Shown here: positions 47,961 to 62,188 of the stretch, piece after piece
Numbering within the stretch: the first letter of the stretch is position 1
Layout: every line of letters starts with the position of its first letter
DNA from: the human T2T-CHM13v2.0 reference genome, Homo sapiens
NCBI GenBank assembly: GCA_009914755.4
Contig: CP068257.2
Coordinates: forward strand, 14,976,001-15,040,000
Length of the DNA stretch: 64,000 bases
Direction: 5' to 3'
Position numbers and translations under genes: made by a program
The notes under the pieces: generated by a model
Told to the model about the DNA's origin: nothing
The model's database searches: none
The model's input: the letters and a program-made list of their open reading frames with translations, nothing else

Positions 47961-50900
47961 AGAATCATTCTGGACAAGGAAAAGATCAAGTGTAGAGACC
48001 CTGCGTGGAGAGTGTTGAGACTAGCAAGGACGAGGTCACAGATAGAGCGTGAGATTACATAAAGCCTTATGGGTGTTGAAGGGCAAATAGAAGCCTTTGG
48101 ATGATTCTGAGCAGAGGAATAACATAATATGACTTTAATAGCACCTGTAAAGATACTGGATTGGATTTAAAGATTACTTGAAATTTCTCCTATAAACGAA
48201 ATTCTGTGGCCCTGCGACTTTCTCTTCTATGTGGGGTTCACCCTAAAAAATATATTAATTTATGATCCACATAACATGACAGTCTTTCTACTCATACCAC
48301 ATATGTTTTATACATGTTCATCATACATATGCAAAAATAAGATAATTTCCTTTTACATGCTTACCCAAAGAAAACTAAAACCTAACTTACAGATATTCAA
48401 ATGCTTTATATATGCCATTATTCTTAGCTTCACACAGAACTAGTTCTGTCTCTTAAACAGGCTGATATTTAAACATAGGAGTGTTTCCAGAGAAGCTCTG
48501 AAAGTAAGCCAACATGATTTTTTTAATTATTATTTTTTATGATTATAGACATAGTTATTTTCTATGCATATGTTTCTAACTTAAAATAAAAAAGCAATCC
48601 TTCCTGTCACCAATTAACATGTATGTCCTTGTGTACATGGATATATACAGAGCTAATTACATGTGTGTGAGTTTATTGGTTATTGTACATATACATATTA
48701 TCCCTTTATGCTGAGTCTTCAATCAATAACAATCCCAGTAGTAACAAACATACCCAGAGCCCAGATCTTGGTTTCTACATACCATTTTTTATTGAAAGAC
48801 AGCAGATACAGCTGTTTCTAGGGTTGGGACAAGAAAAATACAAGATGAGCCATCAGCATCTTGTAGTACCAAAAAGTAAGAAAGTGCCCAAAAACAAAAA
48901 TATGGGGGTGTCGTCAAAGGGATAAAGAAACCCACATGAAAGATTTCAATTGCCAAAGCAACAAAAAATGTAACCAAAAAAATAGATAATGCATTATTGG
49001 TTTATAAAGCAAAGAATAAAATAAATACACCTGATTCCATAGTGGTATAAATAAATGATTGATAAGCAAATAGAGAAGGAGACAAATCTTCTTTACAGAA
49101 TTTCAAACAATATATATAGGGGGTGGAGCTTAATTCTCATACCACTCCCTACACTTGACGGTGGGCTTAGTGACTTGCTGCCAAAGAGTAGAGTAGGGAA
49201 TGGGAAAAAGGCAAGTTTTCAGTGGAGTAACCTGGTAAACGCTACTTTATCCAAATAGTTAAGGTTAACATTGTTAGTGATTTCATGTGACTATCATCTA
49301 ACGCCTGATACGATATGACAAAAATGGTGCTTTACCTCGTTAGTATTTTTTAAGACTCATAATCCCAATCTTATCTGAAAAAACATAAAACAAATACAGG
49401 TTGAGGAGCATTCTACAGGATACCTGAAAATTACTGCTCAAGACTGTCAAGCTCTTGAAAAACAGACTGAGAAATATTCACAGAGCAGAGGAGAATGAGG
49501 AGACTTGGCAACCAAATGCAATGTGGTACCCTTGATTGGATCCTAGAACCCAGAGAGGGAATTATGGCATTAAAAACTGATGAAATTCAAGTAAGTCTGG
49601 AATACAGTTAAGAATAATGTATTAATGTAAGGAAATTGGCTGAGGGGTACATTTTGCAACCCCTTTATGCTATCTTTGCAACTTTTTCGCAAATCTGAAA
49701 TTATTACAAAATAAAATGTTCGTTTAAAAGGTAAAATTATGAATTGCCATTTTTTATTACAAAGATGCTTTTGCTAGAAATAAAGATGATTGTGTTTGTT
49801 TGAATCAAAATGCATGGAAAATACATGAATACATTCTGCTTAGTTTCTTCTTTTTCGAGCACTACAAAAATGAGTGCCGAATCTCTCTTTTCATCCCTTA
49901 ATGTGGTTCCTTCACTCCCAATATGTATCTGAAATTAGTAGGAAGAGACAAAGGAAGCACTGGCATTTTTACTTTCATAAACATTAACAGATGCAGAGTC
50001 AGGAGGTCTTTCCAGTCACAGCCGGTGGGTGGTTTCAGTATTTTCTTCCCAGCATGGTCTTACGTGAATAATGGTGGCAAATTATATATGACTTTATTAA
50101 GCACCTTTCTCTTTTTGGAAGAAAACTGCTTTTCATTACACGTAAAATAATAATAGTTATATTCATAATGACACCAACCATCCATCACAAGGACCATATT
50201 CCTTTTTTAAAAAAATTTACTATAGAAATCACCTCAGATTATGTGTTGAGCTTGTTGCAAAGTCTAAATGCAACATAAATTGTCTCCAGTATGACCTTTC
50301 ACAAATGTGAGTGCAAAGTAAAAATAAAATCCTGGGACTAAAAGCCTCAGCTCACAATCTAGAGAAAATTTCAAGTAAAAACATAGATTAAAATGGTTTT
50401 TTTTTTTTGAAAAATTGATAATTGAAAAGAAAGGATGAGAAGTGCTGCTGAAATTTGTTGGTACTAGAAGCTAAGCAGATTTATGAGACAGATTCAAGGC
50501 ATGATTTTTTAAATCCCAAATAATAGTAATAACAGTAATAATTGTACAAATCAAGCGTTGGTGAAAAAATCACTACAAAATTTATTACCATACTTTTAAC
50601 TCTCAAAAATTACACTGTTGTTACTTCACTCATATTCTTGACACTCTGCAGAAGGTTCTTCTTTGAAGAACCTAAAATATGGTATATTAGGGGATCTCTG
50701 GGAATTGAATTGCTAGAATTATTTGTGCTTCCTATTGCTTAAACTGATGCTGCTGTGAACAATTAATTAAACAAGTTAGCAAAATAAATTGAGCCTTTAA
50801 ATCTTTTCTTTACTTGGCTTATATGTGTTATACTTTTCTTCGGTAATAAATAAGTAGGGATTTTGTAATGCAAATTAGTAAAAAATATTTTATTGAATGC

Positions 50901-52591
50901 CTTCCATTCATTTGACTGATAAAATAGTGGTAAATAGAAATATTGCTCATTAATGCCCACACTTAGCTATAATTCTAATTTGGGGATCTCTGAGCTTAAA
51001 ACCAAACTATACATATTTGGAAAGAAGATAGCCTATGGCCTTAAAAATAAACAATGTGAACTGACTGTCCTGTGTCTTTTTATTGTTATTTTCTTGAGAC
51101 ACGCCTGTTGCTACAACTTTCTTTTTCCAGCTAATTTTCACAATTGCCAATAAAATATCTTTATTATTTTAACTCTAAATCAAGTAAGAACAACATAGTT
51201 TTGTGCAAAAATCACAGAAAATTCAACATTTGGACATTTCATCATGACCTCCAGTGCAACTTGTATGATGTTAAATTCATCATTTACTAATTTCCTTAAA
51301 AGCTACAAACCTGTAAACAACACCATATTCTATCCATATTCTATTCTTTAAAGTGAGAAATCTTGGCAATTTTTTTAAATCCCCTTTCCCTCAATCTTTT
51401 AAAAAATAATTAATCACCAAAGTTGCTCATTTATCTTTTGAGATATCTTTTGGAATCACAGCTTCTTTGCCATTTTGTCCACAATCACCATCATCCAGTT
51501 ACTCACGTCTAGATCTCCAGGTGACCTTCCTGTTTTCAATCTCTCTATCAGAGAATTCATCCTGCAAGAACCTCTATTGCCTACCAAACTACAGCCAATG
51601 CCTTCTGCTAGAATTTCAGGATAATCACATTGCCTTTTACTTACTTTTCATTCTAGCCAGGTTGTTTTTCTCTGTCCCCTGGATATATCACACAATTTTA
51701 GTTTTTGCTTCTCTTGACTCTACCTAGAAATTTATCTTAACTCTCTTCTATTTGAACTCTCATATCAACCCTTTTACCATTCTGTCTACTCATACATACA
51801 TAAAACAGAAGCATTATATCTATATTTACAAAAGAAAGCAACAAAAAACATTTTGAGCTTATAGGAAATTCAGGGAACATTGTTCTCAGGAAATTTTCTT
51901 ATAGAAATTAGCAGAGAATCAACTTTAATCAACTAAGATATAAATTGATACATGAATGTATCATGCACAGTACTGAACATGAATAAACCAAGGAATTATA
52001 TTTACAGGAAGAAATATCAGTATTAGAAACCTGATAAGGCCAAAATGAGATAATAATATTTAGTTTTAAAAAGAGAAGAAGAAGGTATACATAGTATATG
52101 TACACTGTTTTCCTAATCTTCCTGGCTAAAAATCTAGAGAGAATTTGTTATCAAAAAATCAAAGAATACAATTACAAAATCAAAGATCAATAACATGATC
52201 AACTAAAATCATGCAGTAGAAAAAAAAGAAAGAGGAAAGAAGCAATGTATAGTGACATCATTGCTTATTGCAGAGAGTTCATAAACCCTGCCTGAAATAC
52301 AAAAAAACTTAGTGTATTACTAAAATAAGCAATCAGCTCTGGCATATTTATTATGAAGTTAATGAAGCTTAAACTGGAAGGCACCTCTTTTGCACAGACC
52401 CCTTCTACTCTTTGCTGTGACTCCTTTCTTAATTCTAAATAATTTTTTTCACTTGCCTGGTTACTTTTATTTTATTACTTTCTATTCTTTTCATTGAAGA
52501 AGTTCTCTCTAATTGTGTAATCTTTAGAACTCACAAAACCTGAACCTACCCCTGATTTTAAAGATACCTCAGAAAAAAAAAATAGCACAGT

Positions 52592-52616
52592 ACACACACA
52601 CACACACACACACACA
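52592..52616. repeat. (CA)12 dinucleotide microsatellite
   Basis: acacacacacacacacacacacaca read directly. Confidence 0.95.
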
Positions 52617-52999
52617 GCAAAAACAATAAGCAAACAAAAGAGTCAGTAAATATATAAAAAGACATTGCTTGAAAAACAAAATAAACAGAATAATTATAAG
52701 AACAGAATTAAGTTGAAACACAATTTTTAAAAATTATACATCTACAACTCATTGAAATAATAACACTTTCATTTATATCATTATAAATATTCATCTACAT
52801 AGTGTGTACCAGAGAATCTCCTAAAACCAACTGACTGAGAGAGATTAAAAAAAAATGATGGGAAACATATAGCAAATTCAAACCCAAAATAAAGCAGGAG
52901 TCACAATATTAATATTTCAGAGAAGGTAAAATCTAAAGGAAAAAGCACTAAACAACATAAAGTGTACCACTATATAATAATGACTTAATCCATTCAGGC

Positions 53000-53340
53000 T
53001 GCTATAACAAAATAACTTAGACTGGGTAGATCATAAGCAATAGAAACCTATTTCTCAGAGTTCTAGAGGCTGGAAAGCTGAGATTAAGACACAGATTCAG
53101 TACATGATGAGGGCCAGTTTCCTGGGTCATAGATGGCACCTTCTCACTGCCTCCTTGCATGGTGGAAGAGGCTAATGAGCTCCCTTGGGCCTCTTTTATA
53201 AGGGCACCAATCCCATTCATGAGGACACTGTCCTTATGATCTAATCACGTCCCAAAGGTCCTACCTCTTAATACCATCACCTTGGGGGTTAGGATGTGAA
53301 CGTATAAATTTGGGGGAGGGGACACAAATATATCCACTAA
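53000..53340 (-). mobile_element. MaLR LTR (MLT1/MST-like), antisense, near full length
   Basis: Begins with the revcomp of the MaLR 3' end ('gctgctataacaaaataacttagactgggtagatcataagcaatagaaacctatttctcagagttctagaggctggaaagctgagattaagacacag'). It ends with the revcomp of the MaLR 5' end ('..ctaatcacgtcccaaaggtcctacctcttaataccatcaccttgggggttaggatgtgaacgtataaatttgggggaggggacacaaatat'). Confidence 0.7.
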
Positions 53341-56300
53341 AGCAATGAATAAGGATAAAATCCACAGTCAACACCTAACAGATGAATTTCTATGCAGGAA
53401 AGGATATAGCATCAACAATCATACTGAAACTAATTTTAAAAACACTTGAAGAAAGTTATATGAATACATTAGTAGTAACTTTTATTTTCCTAAGTGCATA
53501 ATAGATCAAGCAGTCATAAAATCAGTACCTATATAAAAGACCGAAGTATCATAATTAATGAGATAGTAATAATTAGTATTAATTTAACTTTGTTCCCTGA
53601 ATATAAAGAGCAAGTCTAGTTTTCTGGTATCCTCAGAACATTCACATTAGGACACACACACGCACACACACAACCCTTGGGCTGAAACCAGAGTAGTAAG
53701 TAAATGAACAGCCGTTATTATCCTGAGGGAAATGTTGTTATTGGAAACTGAAGTTTTGAGGAAATTAGTGGCCAACCCATGTGGGTCTTCACAAGACATA
53801 CAGCTAAGCCTGAAAGCCCTGCACAAAGCTGGGAATATCTAAGATACTATAAACTCAATGAGAGTCTTAGTTATAACAACAAATATGCCCACAAATGGAA
53901 CCAGAAAGAGACCTGCTTGTCTCTGCTATAGCCCTGGATGGGGTAAGAATAGTATTTTCCACACATGATAAGCATAGACCTACCTCATCAATTTATACTA
54001 CCTGAACAGGTCAGGAACCCCTCACGTTGAGAAATCAATTTAAAGTTCTAGGTTGTTAGCATTCTTTGGTACCAGCAGAGGCAATTTCAGTTCTTCTCTG
54101 GAGATTCTTAAGCTACTAGCTCAGGATTTTCCAAAATTAAAGCTAACATCTAGATTTAATTATTATCAAATGCCAAATACATGTCCCCAAAAACCCAAAA
54201 GCAAAACCAAAACAAAACCCAATTATCATGGTCCAAAGATAATGGAACCACAGAAAACAATTTGGTATATCAGATATTGGAATAACTAGAAAAGATATTT
54301 TAAAACTAAGTATAAAATATTTAAGGCAATAAAACTGAATGAGAAAAATAATCATATATCAAGAAACTACAGTTGCTAAAATATCCAATTACTTATGAAG
54401 AACCAGAAATAGAGGGCCAAAAATATAGGTACTAATGGTAAATATAGGATGCATCCTGGCATTAGAAAAATTTCAAAACACAAAATGATAAAGAAATCCA
54501 ACTACAGGACTCTGTAAACCAGACTTTGTATGGCAAAAACAAATCTTTTCCCTCTGCTGCTACTACACAAAAGTTCAATCCTGCTACTTTTCTTCCAAGA
54601 GGAATTGGTAATCACCTATCTGGGAGAATTGCCCTTTGAAACTGCAATCTAAATGCTAGCCTTTGCTTACTCTTGACAAATTTATCTAAAAACTGTGTAA
54701 AGGTCATTTTAACGTTACCAATGAGACTAATGATAGACGTGTACCCCCTTGGCTATAGTCACGGCTACTACTACCTGGGATATACATTTTCAACTTTAAA
54801 AATGGTTTATGAGTGTGTTATCTGTCCAACAGTTACATCTGTTAGCAATGTACTATATAAACTTTACAGTTGGTAGAAAAACTTTAATAAAGGCTTTTGT
54901 ATACTGAGATTACATGGGAAAGGAAAATAATATTTTAGTGTTGAAGGCCTTCTGGGCCTCTTTTCTTTTATTTCTCTGAGTCAGCAGCATGTGCAGGCTC
55001 ATGTATTTGAGTGGTTAGCCAAACTCTGCCAACATTTTGCCCAACGTGAAATGCCCATGTAACAAAGAATCTACGTCCTTTTTAAATTTAAAACATGTTG
55101 GTCCATGTCTACAGATTTAAAAGCAACAATACAAATTGCTCAAATGGAAAATCCTTAATTTAAAAATACAATCAATGCAAGCCACAACTCCTGCATACAA
55201 TCTTTGAGGAATTCTCCCCTTCCCAGGGATCACATTTAATGAACTGGCAATAGCTGGATTCTGAATGATACTCCCAGAAGTAGCACTGTAACTACGTCTT
55301 GAAACCTCAAGTGTTTAGGTTGGCTTTTCTTGAGATGGTTATCTAATAAGTCGGCCGTGTATGATTTTCTTTCACCTCCTATCATGGAAGTCTAATGGTC
55401 AGATATTCTGTCTTCCTGTTTCTGGCAGTAACACTTTGAGCATTTTACCTAGTATGGAATTTGTAATCTTGGTGTGACCAAGAGCTAGCTGTGCCATTGA
55501 GAGTCTAGCTCTGCCGCCTTGTGTGTTCCAAGAAAGCCCTATCCAGGACAGCAGTGCCAGGGTGCATCCCAACCCGACTGCTCTGGGGATGACAGTCTTG
55601 CTGTTTTCCTGCAGGCTTTCCTTCCTTGTTTCTTCCCCTTGTTTTGGTGTTCCCATATATTGTGCAAGCTATCAGACACCCTTCTAATATGATCCTTTCA
55701 GGCCAGACTAGAGTCAGTTTCTGTCACTTGCAATCAAGAAGCCTAACTGATATAATATCTCAACTAAAAAGTCAACTCTCAGTTATGAAGATTGCATATC
55801 TTTTCTCAGCCATTTGTTCCAGGCAATCCAAGTGAATTTACTGTATGTAGGTACCATTTCTCTTTATCCTCATCACTTCCAGCAGTCTCATTTCTGAATT
55901 TGTATATCAATAAGGAGAGTGCAAAATTAAATTAGTCTAACATCTGCCTAGCTTCTCTTTTTCATTGTTGTGCAGTATATATACATTGTTGTGAAGTACA
56001 TAGTACAACGGATATGGGCAAAACCAGAGATAGCAGTTATTAGGTTTAAATCCGTTATCTAGTGTTCTGTGAATGTATTTCTCTGGGGCAAAATAAAAAA
56101 TATTTGGAATAGTTTCACTCTGAAGTCAGCTGCTTCAGAAATTGCAGACTGTGTCAGATTGAACTCTCAAAGGAAAATATGAAGCACAGAAACAATGGTA
56201 AATGACAAGTAATAGAAAAAGTTGTATACATTCAGTAGAAGTAAATAAACTTTAACGTTTTCCAAATAAGATTTAACTTTTTAAAAAGTGTTTACTTGGT

Positions 56301-56589
56301 GTGAAGCATTGTGTCAAGTGATTCCAGTCAGGGTTTCTCAAACTCAGTTCTGGTGACAAGTGGCGTGGGAGAAAACTTTCTTACGGGAGCTTTCCTATGC
56401 ATTTTAGGACTGCCGGCAGCATCCTTGGCCTCTATCCATTAGATGCCAGTGGCACACAGGCAGACACACCATTTACAATAAACAAAAGTGTTTTCAGGCA
56501 TGGCCAATGTCACCTTGGCTGGGAGTTGTGGGGTGTGGCGGGGAATCACCTCTTGTTGAGAACCACTATTTAGATGACGTAGTTATTTA

Positions 56590-56790
56590 ACCTTCAAAAC
56601 AAACCCATGAGACAGGGATGATCATTATCTTTTACTTGTAAAAGAGTTATCATTACCCTTTTACAGGCAAAGAAAAGGAGACACAAATATGTTTCATTAG
56701 TCAACCACAAAAACAGCTAGTAAGTGGAAAAGCTGAGATTCAAACCTAGGCAGTCTGACTCCAGAATTTTTGTTCACATTGTTTGTCTGT
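56590..56790 (+). mobile_element. MIR SINE, sense, with a short internal duplication
   Basis: '..gatgatcattatcttttacttgtaaaagagttatcattacccttttacaggcaaagaaaaggagacacaaatatgtttcattagtcaaccacaaaaacagctagtaagtggaaaagctgagattcaaacctaggcagtctgactccagaattttt' matches the MIR core. The 'atcattatc..ttttac' motif appears twice. Confidence 0.6.
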
Positions 56791-59700
56791 GGCACCCAAA
56801 ATGGTTGGGCTCAAGGGAGAATTAAATCCAAAGATTTATTAAATTTATCCAAATATACAATTCAAAAAAACCTCATACATTCTGCTTAAATACTCTGATT
56901 TTTTTTTCAGGAACCCCTTTAAATATTCAGTGCCAGGGAAAAATTCACAATACTTAAGCTCATATTTAAGTCATTGTTCCTGGATTTTAGATATGCTTAA
57001 AAGAAGCCTGGGTAGGAAAAAGATATGGAAATATGACTTTTAAAAGTAAACATTAGTATCTTCTAAAGTTAAACTAATAGCACATAGACAGTTCCCATCC
57101 CTCCTTTAAACATGCTATAGATCTGAGCTATGAGCCGACTCAGTCCCATCCCGTACAAGCCCACTTCACATTCAAGTCCATGCTTGTCTCCAGACAGCTC
57201 AGGTAGAACCAAAGTAGCCCTTGGGTTTTGGCTTAAAGCAGTCTGAGTGGGAGCACCTACAGAGCTTATGGGAGACAAACTTTGAATCTATGGTATTTTC
57301 ATTTATTTTTTAAATTTTCAAAAGGCTTGGTTTTCCCCCTTACCCCCTCCTTCAAAAGCATAGGCTGTAGGTACAAAAAGGGAGTGAAATATGGAGAAAA
57401 GGGAAATGTGGGAAGAGAAAGAAGGTCAGGAAAAGAAATTTTTTACTCAGAAGCATTTTTTTCCCTTTAGAATGTGTTTAAATTTGTAAGTATGATTTTT
57501 AACTGAAAGTTGAAAATTATAACTTGAGTCAGCAGAGTAATTACCTACATTGTGTCAGGAATTCTGCTTCTAGGAAACAAATGAATTCATAAAATGTCAC
57601 TTTTCTTCCTAGACACACAAAAATTTATACCTGCAACCTTAATATATTGAAACATACAACTTGCAGACATACTGTGTAAGTGTGTAACTTTCTAACTTGG
57701 CTAGGACAGAGGAGCAAGCTGGATGGAAATTGAGCTGTTCTTGCAAATTTCGGAGAACTAGTTCATCAGAGATGGAAATTCCAAACAGCTTGCTGAGGCT
57801 AAATGGAATTGAGGGGCTATGGATTCAATGCAGACCATAATTGAGTTTTATTTGCCCTTTCAAGGACTTATGCAAAGCTTTATTCCCTTAGCACAGTACA
57901 CACAAGGTGACATTTTTCAGCAGTCTGACTTTTCAATTATGGATCTTTTGGAAAGCTAATGATGTCAATATTGTTAATACTGCCAACATTGTGTCAGTAC
58001 ATTGAAGAACCTGTGATATTAAATATGCTGATGTAAAAATATATGTTATTTCTGCTCAGCCGTGTGCAAACAATCTGGCTGAAGTGCTAGAATTATAGGG
58101 AAATCCTCTCCAGAGATAAAAGCAGAATGGAATTCGGTTGAGAGCAGTTAAAAAGCTCTCTTGTTTTAAGTGGTTTCCTGAAGTACTGAGGCCAAAATTT
58201 TAGAAGCTAATTGCATGGAGTCTCTCACTCAAGACTTCTGGTTAAAGTTAGAATACTCTTACCATGTTATTTGTACTTTAGGGGATGGGGAGAGCATCAT
58301 AATGTCTAAAGTTTTAAAAAATTTATACAAATAGAATTTTTGAGTAAATGATTGATGATATTAAAAGGTTTAAGAGAATAACAACTCTTCAGGCAGCAAA
58401 GGGTCTAAGACCAAATATTTTCCATCACACAATTACTATAACAAAGCCAGGATCATATTCTTCACAGTAAACCCTCATTTATTAGTTATGAGCATTGGTG
58501 ATTTTTCAGTGTGATGGGTTCCAGATGTCTAAATACAGTGACAACCCATTGATAAAAGGAATTATAGTGACCGCAGTAACAAAAGCACATTCTCCTTAAA
58601 AGTAAAAGGAATAACAAATGTGATATTTAATTACATATTTAAGATATTACCCTTCCAGATTCTTTTCTCCATATTTTTATTACTTATTTCAAAATCTCTC
58701 GCCTACTATATCTCTTCTAGACAATAAATTCTAACAATGATTTTATTTCTCATGTATGAAAATGTCTATCTGATATTTCCAGAGAATAAAACCTTTTTGG
58801 CATGGAATTAAAATGCATGCTAAACTTAAGAAAAATTTCATTTGCTGGTAATGTCCAAATGAAACAAAGTATTTGGTGTTGAATAGGAAATCTGTAGTGG
58901 TAACAACTAACAATAGGGCAGAAAGGTTTTTATTATAAAGGAAACCCAAGAAATAACTTCTTGGAGTAGTATACTCCTACTATCTTAGAATAGTAATATT
59001 CTAGTATTATTTTAGAGGTAGTTAAGAAAAGTATGTGTCAAGAACTACATAAACATTATTCCATAGGCCATCACTATAATATAAATGTTAGAATACATTA
59101 TCTGAGACTATTATTTAATATAATCTTTGTCATGTTTCAGTAAATAACTTCACTTATATTACAATATAAAAATAATTAATATTGCCTTTCAATCTATATA
59201 AATTTTAAGGTGATCATCTCACATATAAATTTCATATAATAATGATAATAAGTGTTTATAAAATAAAATAAAAATAAGCATGAATTAGGAAAAGGAGACT
59301 TTTCTCTAGGTTAAGTTCTGTGTTATTTGTATTTGTTGATCCTCTTGTACATATTTTGCAGCGAAAGTGAGTTTTATGATGTTTAAAATGATGGTGGAAA
59401 AGTGAAGAATAAGCACCCATCTATATAAAGAAAGACTTAAAATTGATCATTGTATAGCAAAATTCAAAATGAGTATTACCTTTAAAAGTAACTTGTAATG
59501 ATAGAATATTTTTATACTAGGTTGAAAACAATACTTATCTTTTTTTTTTTTAACTACAAAAATGAGAAGGGTGATAAGTAATTCAGGTCCTCGAGCAAAA
59601 AGCAATATAAAAGTTTTGACATAGAAATATTTTTTGTAGGAGGGAGATTTTGGAAGAAAGGGGCAGATGCACATGAAATTATGGTTTAAAACTTTGCTAA

Positions 59701-60096
59701 TCCTCAAACTTAAAAGTGATTCAACTTTAGGAATAGCCAAAAATCTAGTAAATATTTGAGCACACTAACTGGGTAAATTTTTATCCTCTTTTATTTTGTT
59801 GTTAATGGGTGATGAGACTAATACTAATTTTTGCATGATTTATAAAGTGCTGCTAAATATGACTCTAGATGACTCCAGAAAGTATTTGAAGTCATAACAT
59901 AAAGTGAATTTCCTCTTTGAATAATTTGTCTCTTTTGAATCAGTTTTCTGTTGCTGTGTAATAAATTCCACAAATTTAGCAGCATGCAACAGTATCCACT
60001 TATTAGTTCATGGTTCTGTAGTTCAGAAATAAGGACATGGCATCATCAGTTCTCTGCTGAGATCTCAGAATACTAAAAATCAAGGTGTCATCTGGT

Positions 60097-60458
60097 GATA
60101 TGAGTTGGCTGTGTCCCCACCCAAATCTCATCTTGAATTGTGGCTCCCATAATTCCCTTGCGTTGTGGGAGGGACCCAGTGGGAGGTAATTAAATTATAG
60201 AAGAGGGTTTTTCTCATGCTGTTCTCATGATAGTGAATAACTCTCACGAGATCTGATGGTCTTATAAAGGGCAGTTCCCCTGCACATGCTCTCTTGCCTG
60301 CTGCCGTGCAAGTCGTTCTTTGCTCCTCCTTTGTCCTCCACCATGATTGTGAGGCCTCCCCAGCCCTGTGGAACTGTGAGTCGATTAAACCTCCTTTTCT
60401 TTATAAATTACCCAGTCTCAGGTATATCTTTCAGCAGTGTGGGAATAAACTAATACAT
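60097..60458 (+). mobile_element. THE1-type MaLR LTR, sense, full length
   Basis: 'tgatatgagttggctgtgtccccacccaaatctcatcttgaattgtggctcccataattcccttgcgttgtgggagggacccagtgggaggtaattaaattatag..gtgaataactctcacgagatctgatggtcttataaagggcagttcccctgcacatgctctcttgcctgctgccgtgcaagtcgttctttgctcctcctttgtcctccaccatgattgtgaggcctccccagccctgtggaactgtgagtcgattaaacctccttttctttataaattacccagtctcaggtatatctttcagcagtgtgggaataaactaataca' aligns end to end with the THE1B consensus I recall. Confidence 0.85.
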
Positions 60459-61666
60459 CTGGGCTGAATTTTTTTATGGAGCTTGAAATCTTTTTCTAAA
60501 CATACATGTTTTGGGCAAGTTTTAGTTCCATGCAGTTATAGCACTTAGGTCCCTGTTTCCAGCTCTCAGCCAGAGGCCACTCTCAGCTCCTTGCCAAGTG
60601 GCACCTCCAAGTTCAAAGCCAGCAGCATAGTATTTCTTTTTCATCCAATCACCCTCACCTTCAAATCTCCTTGGCCAAGAATACAGCCAAGTGGATTCCC
60701 TGATTAGGTTCATCCCTCTCAAGATAATCTTCCCATATTAAGGTCAAATGGTTTGGAATCTTAATTACATTTGCAAAATCCCTTTGGCATATAACACATC
60801 ATCAGTGAAGTGATATCTAATCATATTCACAGTTTCCACCCACACATATGGGTAAGAGATTACACAAAGGAGAGGGTCATTAAAGTCATTTTGAAATTCT
60901 GGCTGCCACAACCCTCCTAACTGAGCTTTCCACTTCCTTCAACCTCTAATCTGCTGCCAAATAGTTTTTTTTTCCTAAATGCAATTATGAAGAAGTTATT
61001 CAATACCACCATCACTATCATCTGTACCATTAATGTTTAAAGTATTTTGTTGGTTTTCACTTGTTCATTCTTATGATAGCACATTTGGGTATTGTTTCTT
61101 CAAATATTTTCTGCCTCTCAAATCTTCATACACAGTGCTCTAACTCCATTTACCTAGTTTTAGTACCTTTTGAAGACCTATTTCCCCTCCAGACTCCCTT
61201 ATCCTTAGAGTTTGTATTTCTCCAAACCTACTGCCTGTCTCTCAACTTCCGCTTGTTTCTTTAGGTTCATTAAGATTCAGCTTGGAAATCATATCTTTCA
61301 AGGACATTTTCTAGTACCTTTCCCCATCCTTAGCCCCTTCATTTTAGAGAGATGCCTCTTCTCTGCAATCTCAGATAACTTGCATGATTCTCCTAACTTC
61401 ACTCTGTATTTTAATTGCCTGCTGTTTGCTTTACTCCACTGGATTGTGACCCTGTTGAGGAAGAAAGTTTCTAAAGTTTCTTCCATATCTCATTTATGGT
61501 GTTTCTGATGTCCAAAATAGTTCCTGTGACCAGAAAAGAAAATTGTTAAAATTCATGAAACTCTGACACTTTCTAATTTTGAGACCATTTCTGTAAATGA
61601 CAAATAATTTGACTTTTCTGTATTCTGGTTATTTCAGTTACCTTATGGGTTAGACAAAATCCACAG

Positions 61667-62060
61667 TGTATTAGTCCATTCTCACCCTGCTATAAATAAA
61701 TACCCGAGACTGGGTAATTTATAAAGAAAAAGACTTTAATTGACTCCCATTTCCACATGGCTGGGGAGGCCTCAGGAAACTTACAGTCATGGCAGAAGGC
61801 AAAAGAGAAGCAAGGACCTTGGTTACATTGCAGCAGGAGAGAGAAGTGCAAGCACAGGAAATGCCAGACTCTTATAAATCCATCAGATCTCATGAGAATT
61901 CACTATCACAAGAAGAGCGTGGGGGAAACCACCCCATGATCCAATCACCTCCCTCCCTCTACACGTGGGGATTACAAGTTCCTCCCTTGACACGGGAGGA
62001 TTATAATTTGAGATGAGTTTTGGGCGGGGACATAGAGACAAACAATATTACACAGTATAT
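61667..62060 (-). mobile_element. THE1/MST-type MaLR LTR, antisense (more diverged than the copy at 60097)
   Basis: 'tgtattagtccattctcaccctgctataaataaatacccgagactgggtaatttataaagaaaaagactttaattgactcccatttccacatggctggggaggcctcaggaaacttacagtcatggcagaaggcaaaagagaagcaagg..ccatcagatctcatgagaattcactatcacaagaagagcgtgggggaaaccaccccatgatccaatcacctccctccc..gagatgagttttgggcggggacatagagacaaacaatatta' is the reverse complement of a THE1/MST LTR. Confidence 0.8.
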
Positions 62061-62154
62061 TGGCTTTTATAATCAAGTGAAAGTTTAGGGCTAATTAAAT
62101 AATGGTCTAGGTAAATGGATATTGTTTAGATAACTGGAAACAGGGTCTTAATTT

Positions 62155-62188
62155 TATATATATATATATATATATTTTTTTTTTTTCT
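62155..62188. repeat. (TA)10 followed by T13 homopolymer
   Basis: atatatatatatatatatatattttttttttttt read directly. Confidence 0.9.

Noticed and set aside
60458-61667. Calling the sequence between the two THE1-family LTRs a THE1 internal (provirus) region
   Set aside because: No primer-binding site follows the upstream LTR. The downstream LTR is inverted and more diverged. Part of the interval resembles the antisense L1M 3'-UTR-like family seen elsewhere in the window. Without a consensus alignment I cannot support THE1-int.
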